A stretch of DNA of 64,000 nucleotides from an uncultured Eubacteriales bacterium (GTDB lineage Bacteria; Bacillota; Clostridia; Lachnospirales; Lachnospiraceae), in the NCBI GenBank assembly GCA_951800645.1, contig CATOIK010000006.1, positions 25,508 to 89,507 of the forward strand. Reading direction: 5' to 3'. The position numbers and the translations under genes were made by a program. Under the pieces are notes generated by a model. That model did not search any database and was not told where the DNA came from. It was given only the letters and a program-made list of their open reading frames with translations. Of this stretch, positions 40,152-52,144 are shown one piece after another. Position 1 is the stretch's first letter, and each line of letters starts with the position of its first letter.

Positions 40152-42071
40152 TTATCCCTGGTCCGTCATCATAGCGCCCATTTCCTCCACAATAACCGGG
40201 GCTGCCTGCTGCTCTCCATGGAAAAACTGGTACACGCTTTCTGCTGCCCGCCGGTTCATGCCCGGCACCTCTGCCAGTTCCTCCACCGTAGCCTCTTTTA
40301 CTGCGTCCAGAGACTTCAAATGCCGCATCAGAGCCTTTCTCCGGGTGTCCCCAATGCCTGGAATATCGTCTAAAACAGACCGGACCTGGCTCTTACTCCG
40401 CAGGCTGCGGTGGTATTCAATGGCAAACCGATGGGCCTCGTCCTGAATCCGGGTAATCAGCTTAAAACCTTCTGAGTGGCGGTCAATAGGAATCTCCACA
40501 TTGTTGTAGTAAAGGCCTCTGGTCCGGTGGTTGTCGTCCTTTACCATGCCGCAGACCGGAATGTTTAACTTCAGCTCCTCCAGCACCTCCAGGGCGATGT
40601 TGACCTGACCCCGACCGCCGTCCATCATCAAAAGGTCCGGGAACCGGGTAAAGCTTCCAAAGGAATCCTCGACCCCATTTGCCCGCAGCTTTTCCTGTTC
40701 CTCCAGACCATGTAAAAACCGGCGGGTCAGCACCTCCTTCATGGAAGCGTAGTCGTTGGGGCCGGTAACTGTCTTGATGCGGAATTTCCGGTAATCGCTG
40801 CGCCTGGGCCGTCCGTTTTCAAAGACTACCATAGAGCCTACAGATTCGTAGCCGGAAATATTGGAAATATCAAAGGCTTCCATCCGGCTTACACCGGCGA
40901 TACCCAGCCACCCAGCCACCTGGTTCATGGCCCCGATGGTACGAAGCTCCTCCCGCTTGTTCCGCTCGTTGTCCTGAGCCAGCACCATGGCTGCATTTTT
41001 CTGAGCCAGCTCCACCAGCCGCTCCTTCTGGCCTTTTTTCGGCACCACAATACGGACCTTCTGACCCTTCCTGCTGCTAAGCCACCTGCCGATCACCTCC
41101 TGGTCCTCCAGCTCCTGCTGCACCCACAGCTCCTTTGGAAGAAAGGGAGTGCCTGCATAAAACTGCTTCACAAAGCTGGCTATAATCTGACCTTCATCTT
41201 CTGCCGTAGCAATGTTCACCCGGAAATGATCCCGGCCAATCAAACGGCCTTCCCGCACAAAGAACACCTGCACCACTGCCTCAGCTTCGTCTTTCGCCAT
41301 GGCAATAATGTCCCGATCCTCCATACTGCTGCTGGTAATTTTCTGCTTCTGGGCCACCTTCTTTACGCTTTCCAGCAAATCCCGGTACTCAATGGCCTTC
41401 TCAAAATCCATGGCATCAGAAGCAGCCATCATCTTTTCCTCCAGGATTTTTAACAGGTTGTCGTAACGGCCTCCCAGAAATTCCAGCACCTGGGCGATAT
41501 TTTCTCCGTACTGCTCTTTTGTGATATAGCCCTGGCAAGGGGCGTCACACTGCTTGATGTGATAGTTTAAGCAGGGCCTCTCTTTTCCGATGTCCTTAGG
41601 CAGACTGCGGCTGCAGGTACGGATTTTATAAAGCTTGTGGATTAAGTCGATGGTGTCCTTTACTGCTCCTGCGCTGGTATAAGGTCCGAAATACCGGCTT
41701 TTGTCCTTTTTCATGGTTCTGGAAAACAACACTCTGGGGAAAGCCTCCCCTACCGTCACCTTAATGTAGGGATAGGCCTTGTCATCCTTTAACATGGTGT
41801 TGTACCTAGGCTGATGCTCCTTGATCAAATTACACTCCAAAACCAGGGCTTCCAGCTCCGAATCTGTGACGATGTACTCGAACCGGGCAATCCGGGAAAC
41901 CATCTGCTCGATTTTTGCAGTCTTGTTCCGGCTGCTCTGAAAATACTGGCGTACCCGGTTTTTCAGGCTGATGGCCTTTCCCACATAGATGATTTCGTCC
42001 TTTGCGTCATGCATGATGTAGACGCCGGGCTGGGACGGCAGTTTTTTCAGTTCTTCTTCTATGTTAAACAA
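40152..42071 (-). CDS. uvrC: Excinuclease ABC subunit C
   Basis: GIY-YIG (PGVY..IIYVGKA), [18 protein letters not shown], HhH motifs. Confidence 0.97.
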   Translation of the reverse strand: MFNIEEELKKLPSQPGVYIMHDAKDEIIYVGKAISLKNRVRQYFQSSRNKTAKIEQMVSRIARFEYIVTDSELEALVLECNLIKEHQPRYNTMLKDDKAYPYIKVTVGEAFPRVLFSRTMKKDKSRYFGPYTSAGAVKDTIDLIHKLYKIRTCSRSLPKDIGKERPCLNYHIKQCDAPCQGYITKEQYGENIAQVLEFLGGRYDNLLKILEEKMMAASDAMDFEKAIEYRDLLESVKKVAQKQKITSSSMEDRDIIAMAKDEAEAVVQVFFVREGRLIGRDHFRVNIATAEDEGQIIASFVKQFYAGTPFLPKELWVQQELEDQEVIGRWLSSRKGQKVRIVVPKKGQKERLVELAQKNAAMVLAQDNERNKREELRTIGAMNQVAGWLGIAGVSRMEAFDISNISGYESVGSMVVFENGRPRRSDYRKFRIKTVTGPNDYASMKEVLTRRFLHGLEEQEKLRANGVEDSFGSFTRFPDLLMMDGGRGQVNIALEVLEELKLNIPVCGMVKDDNHRTRGLYYNNVEIPIDRHSEGFKLITRIQDEAHRFAIEYHRSLRSKSQVRSVLDDIPGIGDTRRKALMRHLKSLDAVKEATVEELAEVPGMNRRAAESVYQFFHGEQQAAPVIVEEMGAMMTDQG

Positions 42072-42103
42072 TGTTTGTCTCTCCTTGCTGCTGACGCGTT
42101 CCC

Positions 42104-42604
42104 TTACCGCAGACGGCTTCCGTCATATTTTTCCTGCATAGCCAAATACCTGCGTACAGCTCCCACCTGCTCCGCAGCCGTTCCTTTTTCCGGCTTCATG
42201 TCCAGCACCAGATACAGACTGTCCAGCTCCTGCTGGGTGATGGTTTCCTCCAAAGCCTTTAACCGCTCTATCCGCTCTCCCGGCGTTTCTGCCTCCAAAA
42301 AGGCCAGGAAGGCCGGGTTTGGCTCCGGTTCTCCCGGCTTGACTTCTGCAGCGCCTCCGTCTGATTTCCCGGAAAGCTCCACTCGTTCAAACCGGTAGGT
42401 CTGGCTGACATCCGGGTACTTATCCCGATCCACCAGGCTTACAAACATGTCATAAGGCCGTACATACACCTGAAAATCTCCGTACAGCGCCTGGTACACC
42501 ACCATACGCTCCCCGGTTTCTGAGTGGGTTGCCACTGCCACAATCTGATACAGTTTATTCTTAAAATGCCGGTAACATTCACCGGGCCGGATAAGTCGTT
42601 CCAT
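42104..42604 (-). CDS. DUF1653-domain protein
   Basis: [44 protein letters not shown]. Confidence 0.85.
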   Translation of the reverse strand: MERLIRPGECYRHFKNKLYQIVAVATHSETGERMVVYQALYGDFQVYVRPYDMFVSLVDRDKYPDVSQTYRFERVELSGKSDGGAAEVKPGEPEPNPAFLAFLEAETPGERIERLKALEETITQQELDSLYLVLDMKPEKGTAAEQVGAVRRYLAMQEKYDGSRLR

Positions 42605-42658
42605 ATGCAAGTATCCTCCCTGGGATTTTATAAAATATGATACCACATTTTCTGCTGT

Positions 42659-44053
42659 CTATTGTACTTGTGCTTCGGGAGAAGCTGCCGCCGGTTCAGC
42701 CTCCAAAACGGCTCCATCAGCCTGGCTCTCTCCGCTGCTCTCCTCAGTCGCTGCCGCAGTCTCTAAAGCATAGGTGGTCTCAGGCAAAGCTGCTCTGGAT
42801 TCTGCAATCCGGGCTTTCTCAGCCTCTGCCGCTTCCGGCGTCAAAAGACCGTCCCAGGCGTATTTGCAGGACGCGTCCCATAAAAGCCATTCATCGTAGC
42901 CGGTGTCATAGGTGGCCTGGATCTGAGCCCGCACCTCCGGGCCTCCGTACTCAATGTGGTTAGCCAGCCAACTGGCAGTAAAATCCTGCAGCCAGGGCCG
43001 TACCGTTGCAATGTGGCTTCCATCCAGACCTGCAAAATAAAGCTCCTTGCGGGAATCATTTAAGGCTGCGCAGATGGTCTCATAAGGCTGCATATCCGGG
43101 TGTTCAATGCCGTAGTTTCCGTCTGCATAGTGAGACGGATAAATCATGGGGCTGATATAGTCCAGATGCTTTGCCATCTCCCCATAAATCTGGCCTACGG
43201 AATTGGCGTTTACATCACTGTTGATGATGGCGCCGAACACATCGGCAGACACAAACAGGCCTTCCTCTTTCAGTGCCTGATAAGCATACTCCATAAACTC
43301 CAGGATAATGTCTGTCCGGGATTTCCCTTCCGTATCTGCCTCATCAAAGGCTGCGTCCTGCATTCCTTTTTCCGTACAGAACCGCACATAGTCAAACTGA
43401 ATCTCATCAAAACCCAAAGCTCCGGCCTGCTTTCCAATTTCCACCAGATAATCCCAGGCCTCCCGCTTATAAGGGTTCACCCAGGCGTTTCCGTCCCGGT
43501 CCTTGAACACGCTGCCGTCAGACAGCTTAATACACCAGTCAGGCCGCGTCTCTCCCAGCCAGGCATCACGGAAAGCCGGAATCCGGGCGATGGCATAAAT
43601 GTCATGCTCCTTAAGCTTCTGCATCAGTCCCTGGATGTCGGAGATATACACCTTGGTAGAGCCAAGCTCATCAATCAAGGGGGAGTTCATCTCACAGACT
43701 ACCCGGCCGAAATCATCCTTAATGTCAATCACCAGAGCATTGGCCTCCGTCCGGTCCAGCTCTGCAATCAGGTTGTCTACCATGCTGGCAGTTCCGGCTA
43801 CATAGGCGGAAATGTAAATGCCTTTTACCTGCACCGGGGTCCGTTCCGGAGCAGCGCCTATTACCAGCTCCTCTTTTTGAAGCTCTGCCTCAGTTTCTTC
43901 CACTTCTGTTTCTTCTGTAGCCCGCTCTCCCCGCTCTACTACCACCGGTCCCGGAGAGGTAGGCACCTTTTCCGCCGCCCCTAAGGCTCCGCATCCGGTC
44001 AGCAGTCCGCAAAGAAGCAGCAGACTTAAGAACCATTCATATTTCTTTTTCAT
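42659..44053 (-). CDS. Putative glycoside hydrolase lipoprotein (DUF4015-like)
   Basis: Lipobox LTGC; VKGIY, VIDIKDD.G, GFDEIQFDYVRF, PMIYPSHY, RPWLQDF. Confidence 0.85.
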   Translation of the reverse strand: MKKKYEWFLSLLLLCGLLTGCGALGAAEKVPTSPGPVVVERGERATEETEVEETEAELQKEELVIGAAPERTPVQVKGIYISAYVAGTASMVDNLIAELDRTEANALVIDIKDDFGRVVCEMNSPLIDELGSTKVYISDIQGLMQKLKEHDIYAIARIPAFRDAWLGETRPDWCIKLSDGSVFKDRDGNAWVNPYKREAWDYLVEIGKQAGALGFDEIQFDYVRFCTEKGMQDAAFDEADTEGKSRTDIILEFMEYAYQALKEEGLFVSADVFGAIINSDVNANSVGQIYGEMAKHLDYISPMIYPSHYADGNYGIEHPDMQPYETICAALNDSRKELYFAGLDGSHIATVRPWLQDFTASWLANHIEYGGPEVRAQIQATYDTGYDEWLLWDASCKYAWDGLLTPEAAEAEKARIAESRAALPETTYALETAAATEESSGESQADGAVLEAEPAAASPEAQVQ

Positions 44054-44275
44054 CTTGAATCCATCCTTTAATCATTGGTATTTTCCTGGTATAAATGACG
44101 CTTAATAGGATAATTATACCACAACTTCCCAAAATAATCAAAGTTTCCGGTTTCCTGCCCCCACTTTCCCATAAAAATACCTGCATTTTTAAGTTTGTTT
44201 TTAAAATCTAATTTTCCGGATGCAATTTAGAAGGGAGTATGATACAATAATCTGCATGGAAAGGGGTAAGCATAC

Positions 44276-45754
44276 ATGAAAATCGGTTTTGACAATCAAA
44301 AATATTTAAAGATGCAGTCCGAACACATCCGGCAGCGGATTGAACAGTTCGGAGACAAGTTGTACCTGGAATTCGGCGGCAAGCTGTTTGATGACTATCA
44401 CGCCTCCCGCGTGCTTCCCGGTTTTGCTCCGGACAGCAAGCTGCAGATGCTTTTACATCTGGCAGACCAGGCGGAAATCGTCATCACCATCAATGCCTCC
44501 GACATTGAAAAAAACAAAATCCGCCACGACCTGGGCATCACCTACGATGTAGATGTGCTGCGTCTCATTCAGGAATTCCGGGACAAGGGCCTTTATGTGG
44601 GCAGCGTAGTTATCACCCGCTACACCGGTCAGGCCACCGCAGACTTATTCAAAAGCAAGCTGGAGAATCTGGGCATCAAGGTATACCGCCATTACCCGAT
44701 TGAAGGCTACCCCAACAATATCAGCCACATCGTCAGTGATGAAGGCTACGGCAAAAACGACTACATTGAAACTACCAAGCCGTTAGTTATTATCACAGCT
44801 CCCGGACCGGGAAGCGGCAAGATGGCTACCTGCCTGTCTCAGCTTTACCACGAAAACAAGCGGGGCATTAAGGCGGGCTACGCCAAATTTGAAACCTTCC
44901 CCATCTGGAACATTCCGTTAAAGCATCCGGTGAACTTAGCCTACGAGGCTGCCACCGCAGACTTAAACGATGTAAACATGATTGATCCCTTCCACCTGGA
45001 AGCCTACGGCGTCACCACCGTCAACTACAACCGGGATGTGGAAATCTATCCTGTGCTGGCCGCCATGTTTGAGGGCATCTACGGCCACTGCCCCTACAAA
45101 TCTCCCACAGACATGGGGGTTAATATGGCAGGCAACTGCATCATTGACGATGAAGTCTGCCAGGAGGCATCCCGCCAGGAGATCATCCGCCGTTACTATC
45201 AGGCCTTAAACCGGCTGGCCAGGGACGAAGGCAGCTCTGACGAGGTCTACAAGATTGAGCTGTTAATGAAGCAGGCTAAAATCACCGTAGACATGCGCTC
45301 CGTTGTGACCGCAGCCAATGATCTGGCAGAGAAAAACGGCTCTCCTGCCGCTGCCCTGGAGCTGCCGGACGGAAAAATCGTCACTGGAAAGACCTCTCCC
45401 CTTCTGGGCGCTTCCGCCGCTGTGCTGTTAAACGCAGTAAAAGAGCTGGGAAACATTGCAGACGGCGTACATTTAATTTCGCCTACCTTCATTGAGCCAA
45501 TCCAGGGGCTGAAAACCAGCTACTTAGGCAGCAAAAACCCCCGGCTCCACACAGACGAGGTGCTGATTGCCCTGTCCATGTGCGCAGCCACAGACCCCAA
45601 CGCCCGGATTGCCTTAGAGCAGCTTCCCAAGCTGCGGGGCTGTCAGCTTCACACTTCCGTAATGCTGTCCTCCGTAGACATCAAGACCTTCAAAAAGCTG
45701 GGGCTGCAGCTGACCTCCGAGCCGGTGTATGAAAGCAAGAAATTGTATCACTAA
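44276..45754 (+). CDS. DUF1846/UPF0371 family protein
   Basis: YLEFGGKLFDDYHASRVLPG, APGPGSGKMATCLS, YAKFETFP. Confidence 0.9.
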   Translation: MKIGFDNQKYLKMQSEHIRQRIEQFGDKLYLEFGGKLFDDYHASRVLPGFAPDSKLQMLLHLADQAEIVITINASDIEKNKIRHDLGITYDVDVLRLIQEFRDKGLYVGSVVITRYTGQATADLFKSKLENLGIKVYRHYPIEGYPNNISHIVSDEGYGKNDYIETTKPLVIITAPGPGSGKMATCLSQLYHENKRGIKAGYAKFETFPIWNIPLKHPVNLAYEAATADLNDVNMIDPFHLEAYGVTTVNYNRDVEIYPVLAAMFEGIYGHCPYKSPTDMGVNMAGNCIIDDEVCQEASRQEIIRRYYQALNRLARDEGSSDEVYKIELLMKQAKITVDMRSVVTAANDLAEKNGSPAAALELPDGKIVTGKTSPLLGASAAVLLNAVKELGNIADGVHLISPTFIEPIQGLKTSYLGSKNPRLHTDEVLIALSMCAATDPNARIALEQLPKLRGCQLHTSVMLSSVDIKTFKKLGLQLTSEPVYESKKLYH

Positions 45755-45823
45755 CTGAATCAGCATAATTAAAGATAAAACAAGAGCGCTGCAAAAGTGA
45801 GCTGCAGCGCCTTTGTTTTATCT

Positions 45824-46753
45824 TTATTTCCTTTGAAAATATTCAGCCGCAGCCTTCTTGTCCCGGCCAATCTGCTCCTTCAGTTCTTCCAGAGACCCAA
45901 ACCGTTTCTCTGGCCGGATAAACGCCAGAAGCTGCACTTCCAGTTCCTGTCCGTACAAATCTTCCTGAAGCCCCATAATAAAGGTCTCCGCCCCCACTGG
46001 GCTGATCCCATCCACTGTAGGCTTTCTGCCAATGTTGGTGACTCCCTCATAAAGGGCTTCCCCGATCCGCACCTGGGATACATAAACCCCGAAGGCAGGC
46101 AGGTGTTTTTCCGGAGACGGCAGAATATTTGCCGTAGGAAATCCCAGAACAGAGCCGCCGATGTGGTTTCCGTGAACCACCCGGCCATGGATGGCATAAG
46201 GCTCTCCCAAAAGCTCCCAGGCCTTTTCCACATTCCCTGCGTCCAGCATCTCCTTTACATAGGTGCTGCTGATGTCCCGGTGAGCGTCCTGGGCCTTTTC
46301 AATAATCACTGCCTCAAAGCCCAGCTCCCCCGCCAGCGCCTTAAGCAGGGCGGCGTCTCCTGCCCCCTTATAGCCAAAGCTGCAGTCTGTGCCTGCCACC
46401 ACGGCCCTGGCCTGCATCTGCCCCACCAGCACCCGGCTTACAAACTCCTCCGGCGCCATGTGGGCCGTCCGGGCATCAAAGGGATACTCCACCAGGTAGT
46501 CCATCCCCATGCGGGCCAGCTTGCTGCGCCGCTCCTCACAGGTAGTAATAACTGTCGCCGGCCTTCCTGTCACAGCCTTCATGGGAGCTGTATCAAAGGT
46601 AAAAACCGCAGCCGCCAGCTTCTGTCTGTCCTTGATGGCATTCATTTCCTGCAAAAGCTTCTGATGTCCCCGGTGACGGCCATCAAATTTCCCGATGGTT
46701 ACCACGGTCGGTTCCTCAATCTGAAACTGCCGGGTTCCGGTGATTATCTGCAT
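45824..46753 (-). CDS. ribF: Bifunctional riboflavin kinase/FAD synthetase
   Basis: GKFDGRHRGH, GFPTAN, NIGRKPT, IRPEKRF. Confidence 0.95.
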   Translation of the reverse strand: MQIITGTRQFQIEEPTVVTIGKFDGRHRGHQKLLQEMNAIKDRQKLAAAVFTFDTAPMKAVTGRPATVITTCEERRSKLARMGMDYLVEYPFDARTAHMAPEEFVSRVLVGQMQARAVVAGTDCSFGYKGAGDAALLKALAGELGFEAVIIEKAQDAHRDISSTYVKEMLDAGNVEKAWELLGEPYAIHGRVVHGNHIGGSVLGFPTANILPSPEKHLPAFGVYVSQVRIGEALYEGVTNIGRKPTVDGISPVGAETFIMGLQEDLYGQELEVQLLAFIRPEKRFGSLEELKEQIGRDKKAAAEYFQRK

Positions 46754-46754
46754 C

Positions 46755-47678
46755 TTAGCTGCCTCCCAGAAATATTTTTTGCGGCTTGTACCGCTTCTTT
46801 TCTGCTTCATAAACGAACACGCCGATAAACTGACGCCCGCTGTCATAAACCCGCGCCTGGGCCGGATAATGCTCCGGCTGCCGGGGAACCTCCCACAGCT
46901 CCGGCAAAAGCCCGAAGGGATTTCCGTTGTGCACCAGCTTGTCCCCAGTTCCCGCTTTCATCACAATTTCCGGCAGGAAAGAAAACACCTGGTCTACCGG
47001 CAGCACATAGTTCTCTGCCTGGCCTGCGTCCCGCAGTTCTTCCAGCCGGGAAAGTTTTAAGCTGTCCTTCAGCTCAAACTGCCCTACACGGGTCCGCAAA
47101 AGAGACTCCATACAGCCGCCGCATCCCAGCTTCTGTCCAATGTCGTAACAGAGCGTGCGGATATAGGTGCCTTTGGAACAGGTAACGCTCATGGTTACCC
47201 GGGGAAGGGAAATTTCTTCCACCTGAATATCCAGGATTTCCACAGGCCGGGCCTGCCGCTCTACTTCTTTTCCGGCGCGGGCCAGCTCATAAAGCTTCTT
47301 GCCGTTTACCTTCAGCGCCGAGTACATGGGCGGCACCTGCATGTAAAGCCCCAGAAAGCTCATAACTGCCTCTTTTACTGCCTCCTCGGTCAGAGCCATA
47401 GCCTCTGCCCTGTGATCAGCAAGCACCTGGCCGGAGATGTCCTGGGTGTCTGTTTCCACACCCAAAAGCAGCACTGCCCGGTAGGTTTTCGTCCGGTCCG
47501 CCAGCATATCGCAAAGGCGGGTTCCCTTCCCTAAGCAAACGGGAAGCACTCCTTCCGCATCCGGGTCCAGGGTGCCGGTGTGTCCAATTTTCTTCATCCG
47601 CAAAATACCTCTCATTTTTGCCACAACATCATGAGAGGTATAGCCTTTTTCTTTATAGATATTGATAATGCCGTCCAC
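46755..47678 (-). CDS. truB: tRNA pseudouridine(55) synthase
   Basis: GHTGTLDP, PPMYSALK, CSKGTYIRTL. Confidence 0.97.
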   Translation of the reverse strand: MDGIINIYKEKGYTSHDVVAKMRGILRMKKIGHTGTLDPDAEGVLPVCLGKGTRLCDMLADRTKTYRAVLLLGVETDTQDISGQVLADHRAEAMALTEEAVKEAVMSFLGLYMQVPPMYSALKVNGKKLYELARAGKEVERQARPVEILDIQVEEISLPRVTMSVTCSKGTYIRTLCYDIGQKLGCGGCMESLLRTRVGQFELKDSLKLSRLEELRDAGQAENYVLPVDQVFSFLPEIVMKAGTGDKLVHNGNPFGLLPELWEVPRQPEHYPAQARVYDSGRQFIGVFVYEAEKKRYKPQKIFLGGS

Positions 47679-48646
47679 TATGCATTCTGCTCCTTTAGCT
47701 GCTGGTCAATGTGCCTGGATAAGTTGTTTACCACATCGTAGACGCTGCCGCTTAAGGTACATCCGGCTGCCCGCACATGGCCGCCGCCTCCGAAAAAGGA
47801 AGCCACCTTACTTACATCCACTGTCCGGTTGGATCTCATGCTTACCTTATAGACATGGTTCTCCGTCTCGTGAAGGAAGATCGCCACCTCCACCCCTTTT
47901 GTCACCCGCATCTGGTCCACAATTCCGTCCAGATCTGAGCTTTCTACGCCGTAAAACTCCATATCCTTCTTCCGCACTACACTAAAAATACACTGGCCCT
48001 GAAGAAAGGTAACGCTCTCCAAAAGAGCCCGGCCCAGAATCTGGTTCTGGACATAGGTTTTCTGGTAAAAGCTTTCATCAATGATCCGGGCAAAGTCGAT
48101 GCCCCGGCCCATCAGCTCTCCCGCAATCCGCATGGTCTCCGGCGTGGTATTGCTGTTCTTGAACACATTGGTATCGTGGAGAATTCCGGTGTAAAGACAC
48201 TCTGCCGTGTTCTTGCTGATCCGCTCCCTGTCCAAAAAGCCGTACAGCACTTCACAGGTGGCGCTGGCGTCCGCCTTTACGAAATTCTCCTGAGCATAGC
48301 CTTTGTTCGTGATATGATGATCCAGGCAGATGCTCTTTTCTGCTGAATCCAGATAGACTGCAAATGCCCCCAGCCGCTCCTTATCGCCGCTGTCCAGGCA
48401 GATACACAGTTCATAAACAGCGCCGGTACCGGCGTCCTGACTGATGTCGTCAAAATAATTCAGATAGTTAAATTTCTCTGCAGGCCGCTCCAGGTATACC
48501 TGAACCTTCTTTTCCGGATAGTTTTCCCGGATATAATTGCAGACAGCCAGGCAGGAACCTGCGCAGTCGCCGTCCGGACGCACATGGCCCAGAATTGCAA
48601 TGGTTTTTGCTTCCTCCACCATCTGTAAAAGTCTGTTCTTCTGCAA
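47678..48646 (-). CDS. nrnA: DHH-family oligoribonuclease/PAP phosphatase NrnA
   Basis: GHVRPDGD, LDHH, GGGGH.RAAG. Confidence 0.88.
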   Translation of the reverse strand: MQKNRLLQMVEEAKTIAILGHVRPDGDCAGSCLAVCNYIRENYPEKKVQVYLERPAEKFNYLNYFDDISQDAGTGAVYELCICLDSGDKERLGAFAVYLDSAEKSICLDHHITNKGYAQENFVKADASATCEVLYGFLDRERISKNTAECLYTGILHDTNVFKNSNTTPETMRIAGELMGRGIDFARIIDESFYQKTYVQNQILGRALLESVTFLQGQCIFSVVRKKDMEFYGVESSDLDGIVDQMRVTKGVEVAIFLHETENHVYKVSMRSNRTVDVSKVASFFGGGGHVRAAGCTLSGSVYDVVNNLSRHIDQQLKEQNA

Positions 48647-48688
48647 AAATCCTCACCCTTTCAAATGCAGGTTGCAACTGTTTCCAAA

Positions 48689-49054
48689 TCAGTCTTTCAA
48701 GTCTTTGGTTACTTCATCAATCAGGCGGGACATGTTCACGCCGTATTCAATGGACTGATCCAGGACAAAGGTAATCTCCGGCGTATTCCGCAGATTCACT
48801 CTGTGAGCCAGCTCCCGCCGGATATAGCCTACTGCGCTTTTCAGCCCTGTAACGGCGTCCTGCGCCTTTTCCTGATCTCCCAGAACACTGATGTATGCCT
48901 TGCAGTATTTCAAATCCGGCGTCACCTCTACAGAAACCACCGTCACCATGGCAGAATTTACCCTGGGATCCTTGATCTCCGTGCGGATAATTTCACTTAA
49001 TTCCCGCTGAACTTCCATATTGATTCTGGTATTTTTAATGCTGTTTTTCCGCAT
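48689..49054 (-). CDS. rbfA: 30S ribosome-binding factor A
   Basis: IKDPRV, VTPDL, LRNTPEI.F..D.SIEYG. Confidence 0.95.
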   Translation of the reverse strand: MRKNSIKNTRINMEVQRELSEIIRTEIKDPRVNSAMVTVVSVEVTPDLKYCKAYISVLGDQEKAQDAVTGLKSAVGYIRRELAHRVNLRNTPEITFVLDQSIEYGVNMSRLIDEVTKDLKD

Positions 49055-49102
49055 ATATTCTTTCCTTCCTGAAAACAAACCCTCCGGAAGGGAGGAAGGC
49101 CC

Positions 49103-52100
49103 CTAGCGGGGCACCTCCACCATGGTGTATGCCTCCACCATGTCGTCCTCCTGGATGTCGTTGAATTTCTCAAACACAAGTCCGCACTCATAACCGGTGT
49201 TGACTTCTTTTACATCGTCTTTAAACCGCTTTAAGGAGGCCAGAGCGCCATCGAAAATCTGCTCTCCGTCTCTGGTAATGCGGCAGGAGCATCCTCTCTG
49301 GAACTTTCCGTCCATCACATAAGCGCCGGCAATCGTGCCTACGCCGGACGCCTTGAAGGTCTGGCGCACCACTGCGTGGCCGATTACCTTCTCCTCGAAT
49401 ACCGGATCCAGCATACCCTTCATGGCTGCCTCTACATCCTCGATAGCCTGGTAAATTACCCGGTACAGACGAAGGTCTACCTTCTCCCGCTCTGCAATGG
49501 ATTTTGCAGTTACATCCGGTCTTACATTGAAGCCGATGATGATAGCGTTGGATGCAGAAGCCAGCGTTACATCGGACTCGTTGATGGCGCCAACGCCGCC
49601 GTGAATTACCTTAACCAAAACTTCCTCGTTGGAAAGCTTCACCAGGGACTGCTTCACAGCCTCTACAGAGCCCTGTACATCTGCCTTGACAATCAGCGGC
49701 AGTTCCTTTACATTTCCGGCCTTGATCTGGGTGAACAGATCATCCAGGGTCAGCTTCGCCTTGGTCTCCTCCAGCAGCTTGTTCTTGCTCTCTGCAATGA
49801 AGGTCTCAGCGTAGGTTCTGGCCTCTTTCTCATTCTCCATAGCCATTAAGATGTCGCCGGCGCCGGGAACATCATTCAGACCTAAAATCTCTACCGGCAT
49901 GGACGGGCCTGCCTCTTTTACACGGCGTCCCTTATCGTCCATCATGGCCCGGACTTTACCGTAGCATGCGCCTGCGGTCACATTGTCGCCAACCCGCAGA
50001 GTACCCTTCTGCACCAGAATGGTAGCAACCGGGCCTTTGCCCTTGTCAAGCTCTGCCTCGATTACCAGACCTCTTGCCCGGCGGTTCGGATTTGCCTTCA
50101 GCTCCCGCACCTCGGCAGCCAGAAGAATCATGTCAAGCAGCTCCGGGATACCCTCCTTTGAGTGGGCGGAAACCGGAACGAAGATGGTGCTGCCGCCCCA
50201 GTCCTCCGGAATCAGCTCATACTCGGAAAGCTCCTGTTTTACCCGGTCTACATTGGCGCTGGGCTTATCGATCTTGTTGATGGCAACGATGATCTCTACC
50301 TCTGCTGCCTTGGCATGGTTAATGGCCTCTACAGTCTGAGGCATCACGCCGTCATCGGCCGCTACTACCAGAATGGCAATATCCGTAGACTGGGCGCCCC
50401 GCATACGCATGGCAGTGAAGGCCTCATGTCCCGGCGTATCTAAGAAAGTAATCTGCTGGCCCCGCACATCTACGGTATATGCGCCAATGTGCTGGGTGAT
50501 GCCGCCTGCCTCTCTGGAGGTCACATTGGTCTGACGGATGGCGTCCAAAAGAGAGGTTTTACCGTGGTCTACATGGCCCATTACGCAGACAACCGGCGGT
50601 CTGGCAGACATATCTTCCTCGTTCTCCTCGTCCTCCTTTAACAGCTCGGCGATAACATCCACCTTTTCCTCTTTCTCGCAGAGGATCTCGTACTCCATGG
50701 CAATCTCCTCTGCCTTTTCAAAGTCGATCTCGGAGTTTAAGGTCACAATCTGTCCCTGTAAAAACAGCTTCTTGATGATAGCAGAGGACTGCATCTTCAT
50801 CTTGTCAGCCAGTTCCTTGATGGTAAGTACCTCCGGGATAGTGATTACCTTTACAGTTTCCTCCACCTTTTCGGCTACTGGTTTCTGGGGCATAATGAAG
50901 GGATGCTTGCTTACCTTTCCGCCCCTGCGTCCTGCTCCGTCTTCCATATTTCTGGTCTTGTCAAAGCGATCGTTCTTGTGACTGTTTTTGTTAGCCTGAC
51001 GGTTATTGGAAGGCTTAGTCTGGATGGGGGTGTCGTAATTCTTTGCAGCGCTATCTCTCTGTCCGGTGCGTCCTGCACCGCCTGGTCTTCCGCCCTGGGT
51101 GCGTCCGTCACGGTTTCCGAAGCCGCCCTGGCCCTGGCTTCTTCCATCTCTGTTTCCGTAACCGCCCTGACCCTGGCTTCTTCCATCTCTGTTTCCAAAG
51201 CCGCCCTGGCCCTGGCTTCTTCCATCTCTGTTTCCAAAGCCGCCCTGGCCCTGACTTCTTCCATCACGATTTCCGTAACCGCCCTGGCCCTGGCTTCTTC
51301 CATCACGATTTCCGTAACCGCCCTGGCCCTGGCTTCTTCCATCTCTGTTTCCAAAGCCGCCCTGGCCCTGGCTTCTTCCATCTCTGTTTCCAAAGCCGCC
51401 CTGGCCCTGACTTCTTCCATCTCTGTTTCCGTAACCGCCCTGGCCCTGGTTTCTTCCATCACGGTTTCCGTAAGAACCACGGTTTGCCTGATTGTTCATA
51501 CGGTTTAAGTTCTTGCTGTCGCGGGCTGCCTGTACAGCCTGCATCCGTGCTGCCACCTCCTGGGCAGTTACCGGCTTCGGCGCTGCCGGCGCCTCCTGGG
51601 GAGCCGGTGCTGCAGGCTGAGTATTTGCTGCAGGTGTGCTCTGAACTGCTGCCGGCTTCTCTGCCGGTGCGCTCTGGGCTGCCGCCGGATTTTGAGCCGC
51701 CGGCGCTGTTTTTTCTGCTGCCGCTGCTGCCCCCTGATGACGAGCCGCTGCCGCCTGATTCTGTCCCGCCTGATTCTGTCCCGGACGGCCTCCCTGCCGC
51801 TGCATAGGCGGTCTCTGCTGGGAATTCTGCGGACGATATACGGCTGCAATCCGTTTTTTGACCGGCTCTGCATTTTCTGCCGTTTTTTCTGCTGCCTGAG
51901 CTGCCGCAGACGCTGTTTTCTCTGCTGCGGGAGTGCTCTTAGCCGGCGCCGCTGCCTTCTCTGCCGCCGGTGCGCTCTTTGCCTGTGCTGCTGCCTGGCC
52001 GCTCATTACCCGACGGATCAGACCAATCTGCTCCTCGTTAATATTGGAAGAATGGGATTTCACTTCCTGATTATGCTTCTGCAATACCTCCAGCACTTCC

Positions 52101-52144
52101 TTGCTGGACTTACCTAATTCTTTTGCCAATTCATTCACTCTCAT
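49103..52144 (-). CDS. infB: Translation initiation factor IF-2
   Basis: [36 protein letters not shown]; ATG 52144 is better spaced from GGAGG than GTG 52150. Confidence 0.98.
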   Translation of the reverse strand: MRVNELAKELGKSSKEVLEVLQKHNQEVKSHSSNINEEQIGLIRRVMSGQAAAQAKSAPAAEKAAAPAKSTPAAEKTASAAAQAAEKTAENAEPVKKRIAAVYRPQNSQQRPPMQRQGGRPGQNQAGQNQAAAARHQGAAAAAEKTAPAAQNPAAAQSAPAEKPAAVQSTPAANTQPAAPAPQEAPAAPKPVTAQEVAARMQAVQAARDSKNLNRMNNQANRGSYGNRDGRNQGQGGYGNRDGRSQGQGGFGNRDGRSQGQGGFGNRDGRSQGQGGYGNRDGRSQGQGGYGNRDGRSQGQGGFGNRDGRSQGQGGFGNRDGRSQGQGGYGNRDGRSQGQGGFGNRDGRTQGGRPGGAGRTGQRDSAAKNYDTPIQTKPSNNRQANKNSHKNDRFDKTRNMEDGAGRRGGKVSKHPFIMPQKPVAEKVEETVKVITIPEVLTIKELADKMKMQSSAIIKKLFLQGQIVTLNSEIDFEKAEEIAMEYEILCEKEEKVDVIAELLKEDEENEEDMSARPPVVCVMGHVDHGKTSLLDAIRQTNVTSREAGGITQHIGAYTVDVRGQQITFLDTPGHEAFTAMRMRGAQSTDIAILVVAADDGVMPQTVEAINHAKAAEVEIIVAINKIDKPSANVDRVKQELSEYELIPEDWGGSTIFVPVSAHSKEGIPELLDMILLAAEVRELKANPNRRARGLVIEAELDKGKGPVATILVQKGTLRVGDNVTAGACYGKVRAMMDDKGRRVKEAGPSMPVEILGLNDVPGAGDILMAMENEKEARTYAETFIAESKNKLLEETKAKLTLDDLFTQIKAGNVKELPLIVKADVQGSVEAVKQSLVKLSNEEVLVKVIHGGVGAINESDVTLASASNAIIIGFNVRPDVTAKSIAEREKVDLRLYRVIYQAIEDVEAAMKGMLDPVFEEKVIGHAVVRQTFKASGVGTIAGAYVMDGKFQRGCSCRITRDGEQIFDGALASLKRFKDDVKEVNTGYECGLVFEKFNDIQEDDMVEAYTMVEVPR
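51101..51472 (-). repeat. 39-bp coding tandem repeat (about 9.5 units) encoding [YF][12 protein letters not shown]
   Basis: Ten GNRDGR cores visible in the translation and in the DNA. Confidence 0.95.

Noticed and set aside
45797-46828. 343-aa plus-strand ORF (and similar antisense ORFs at 10040, 19298 and 43100)
   Set aside because: Shadows of well-supported opposite-strand genes; no recognisable motifs.
51101-51472. Possible CRISPR array
   Set aside because: Units are contiguous with no unique spacers, are in frame within infB, and no cas genes are present.
50903-51807. Long repetitive alternative-frame and antisense ORFs over infB
   Set aside because: By-products of the stop-free 39-bp repeat; no RBS or independent coding signal.
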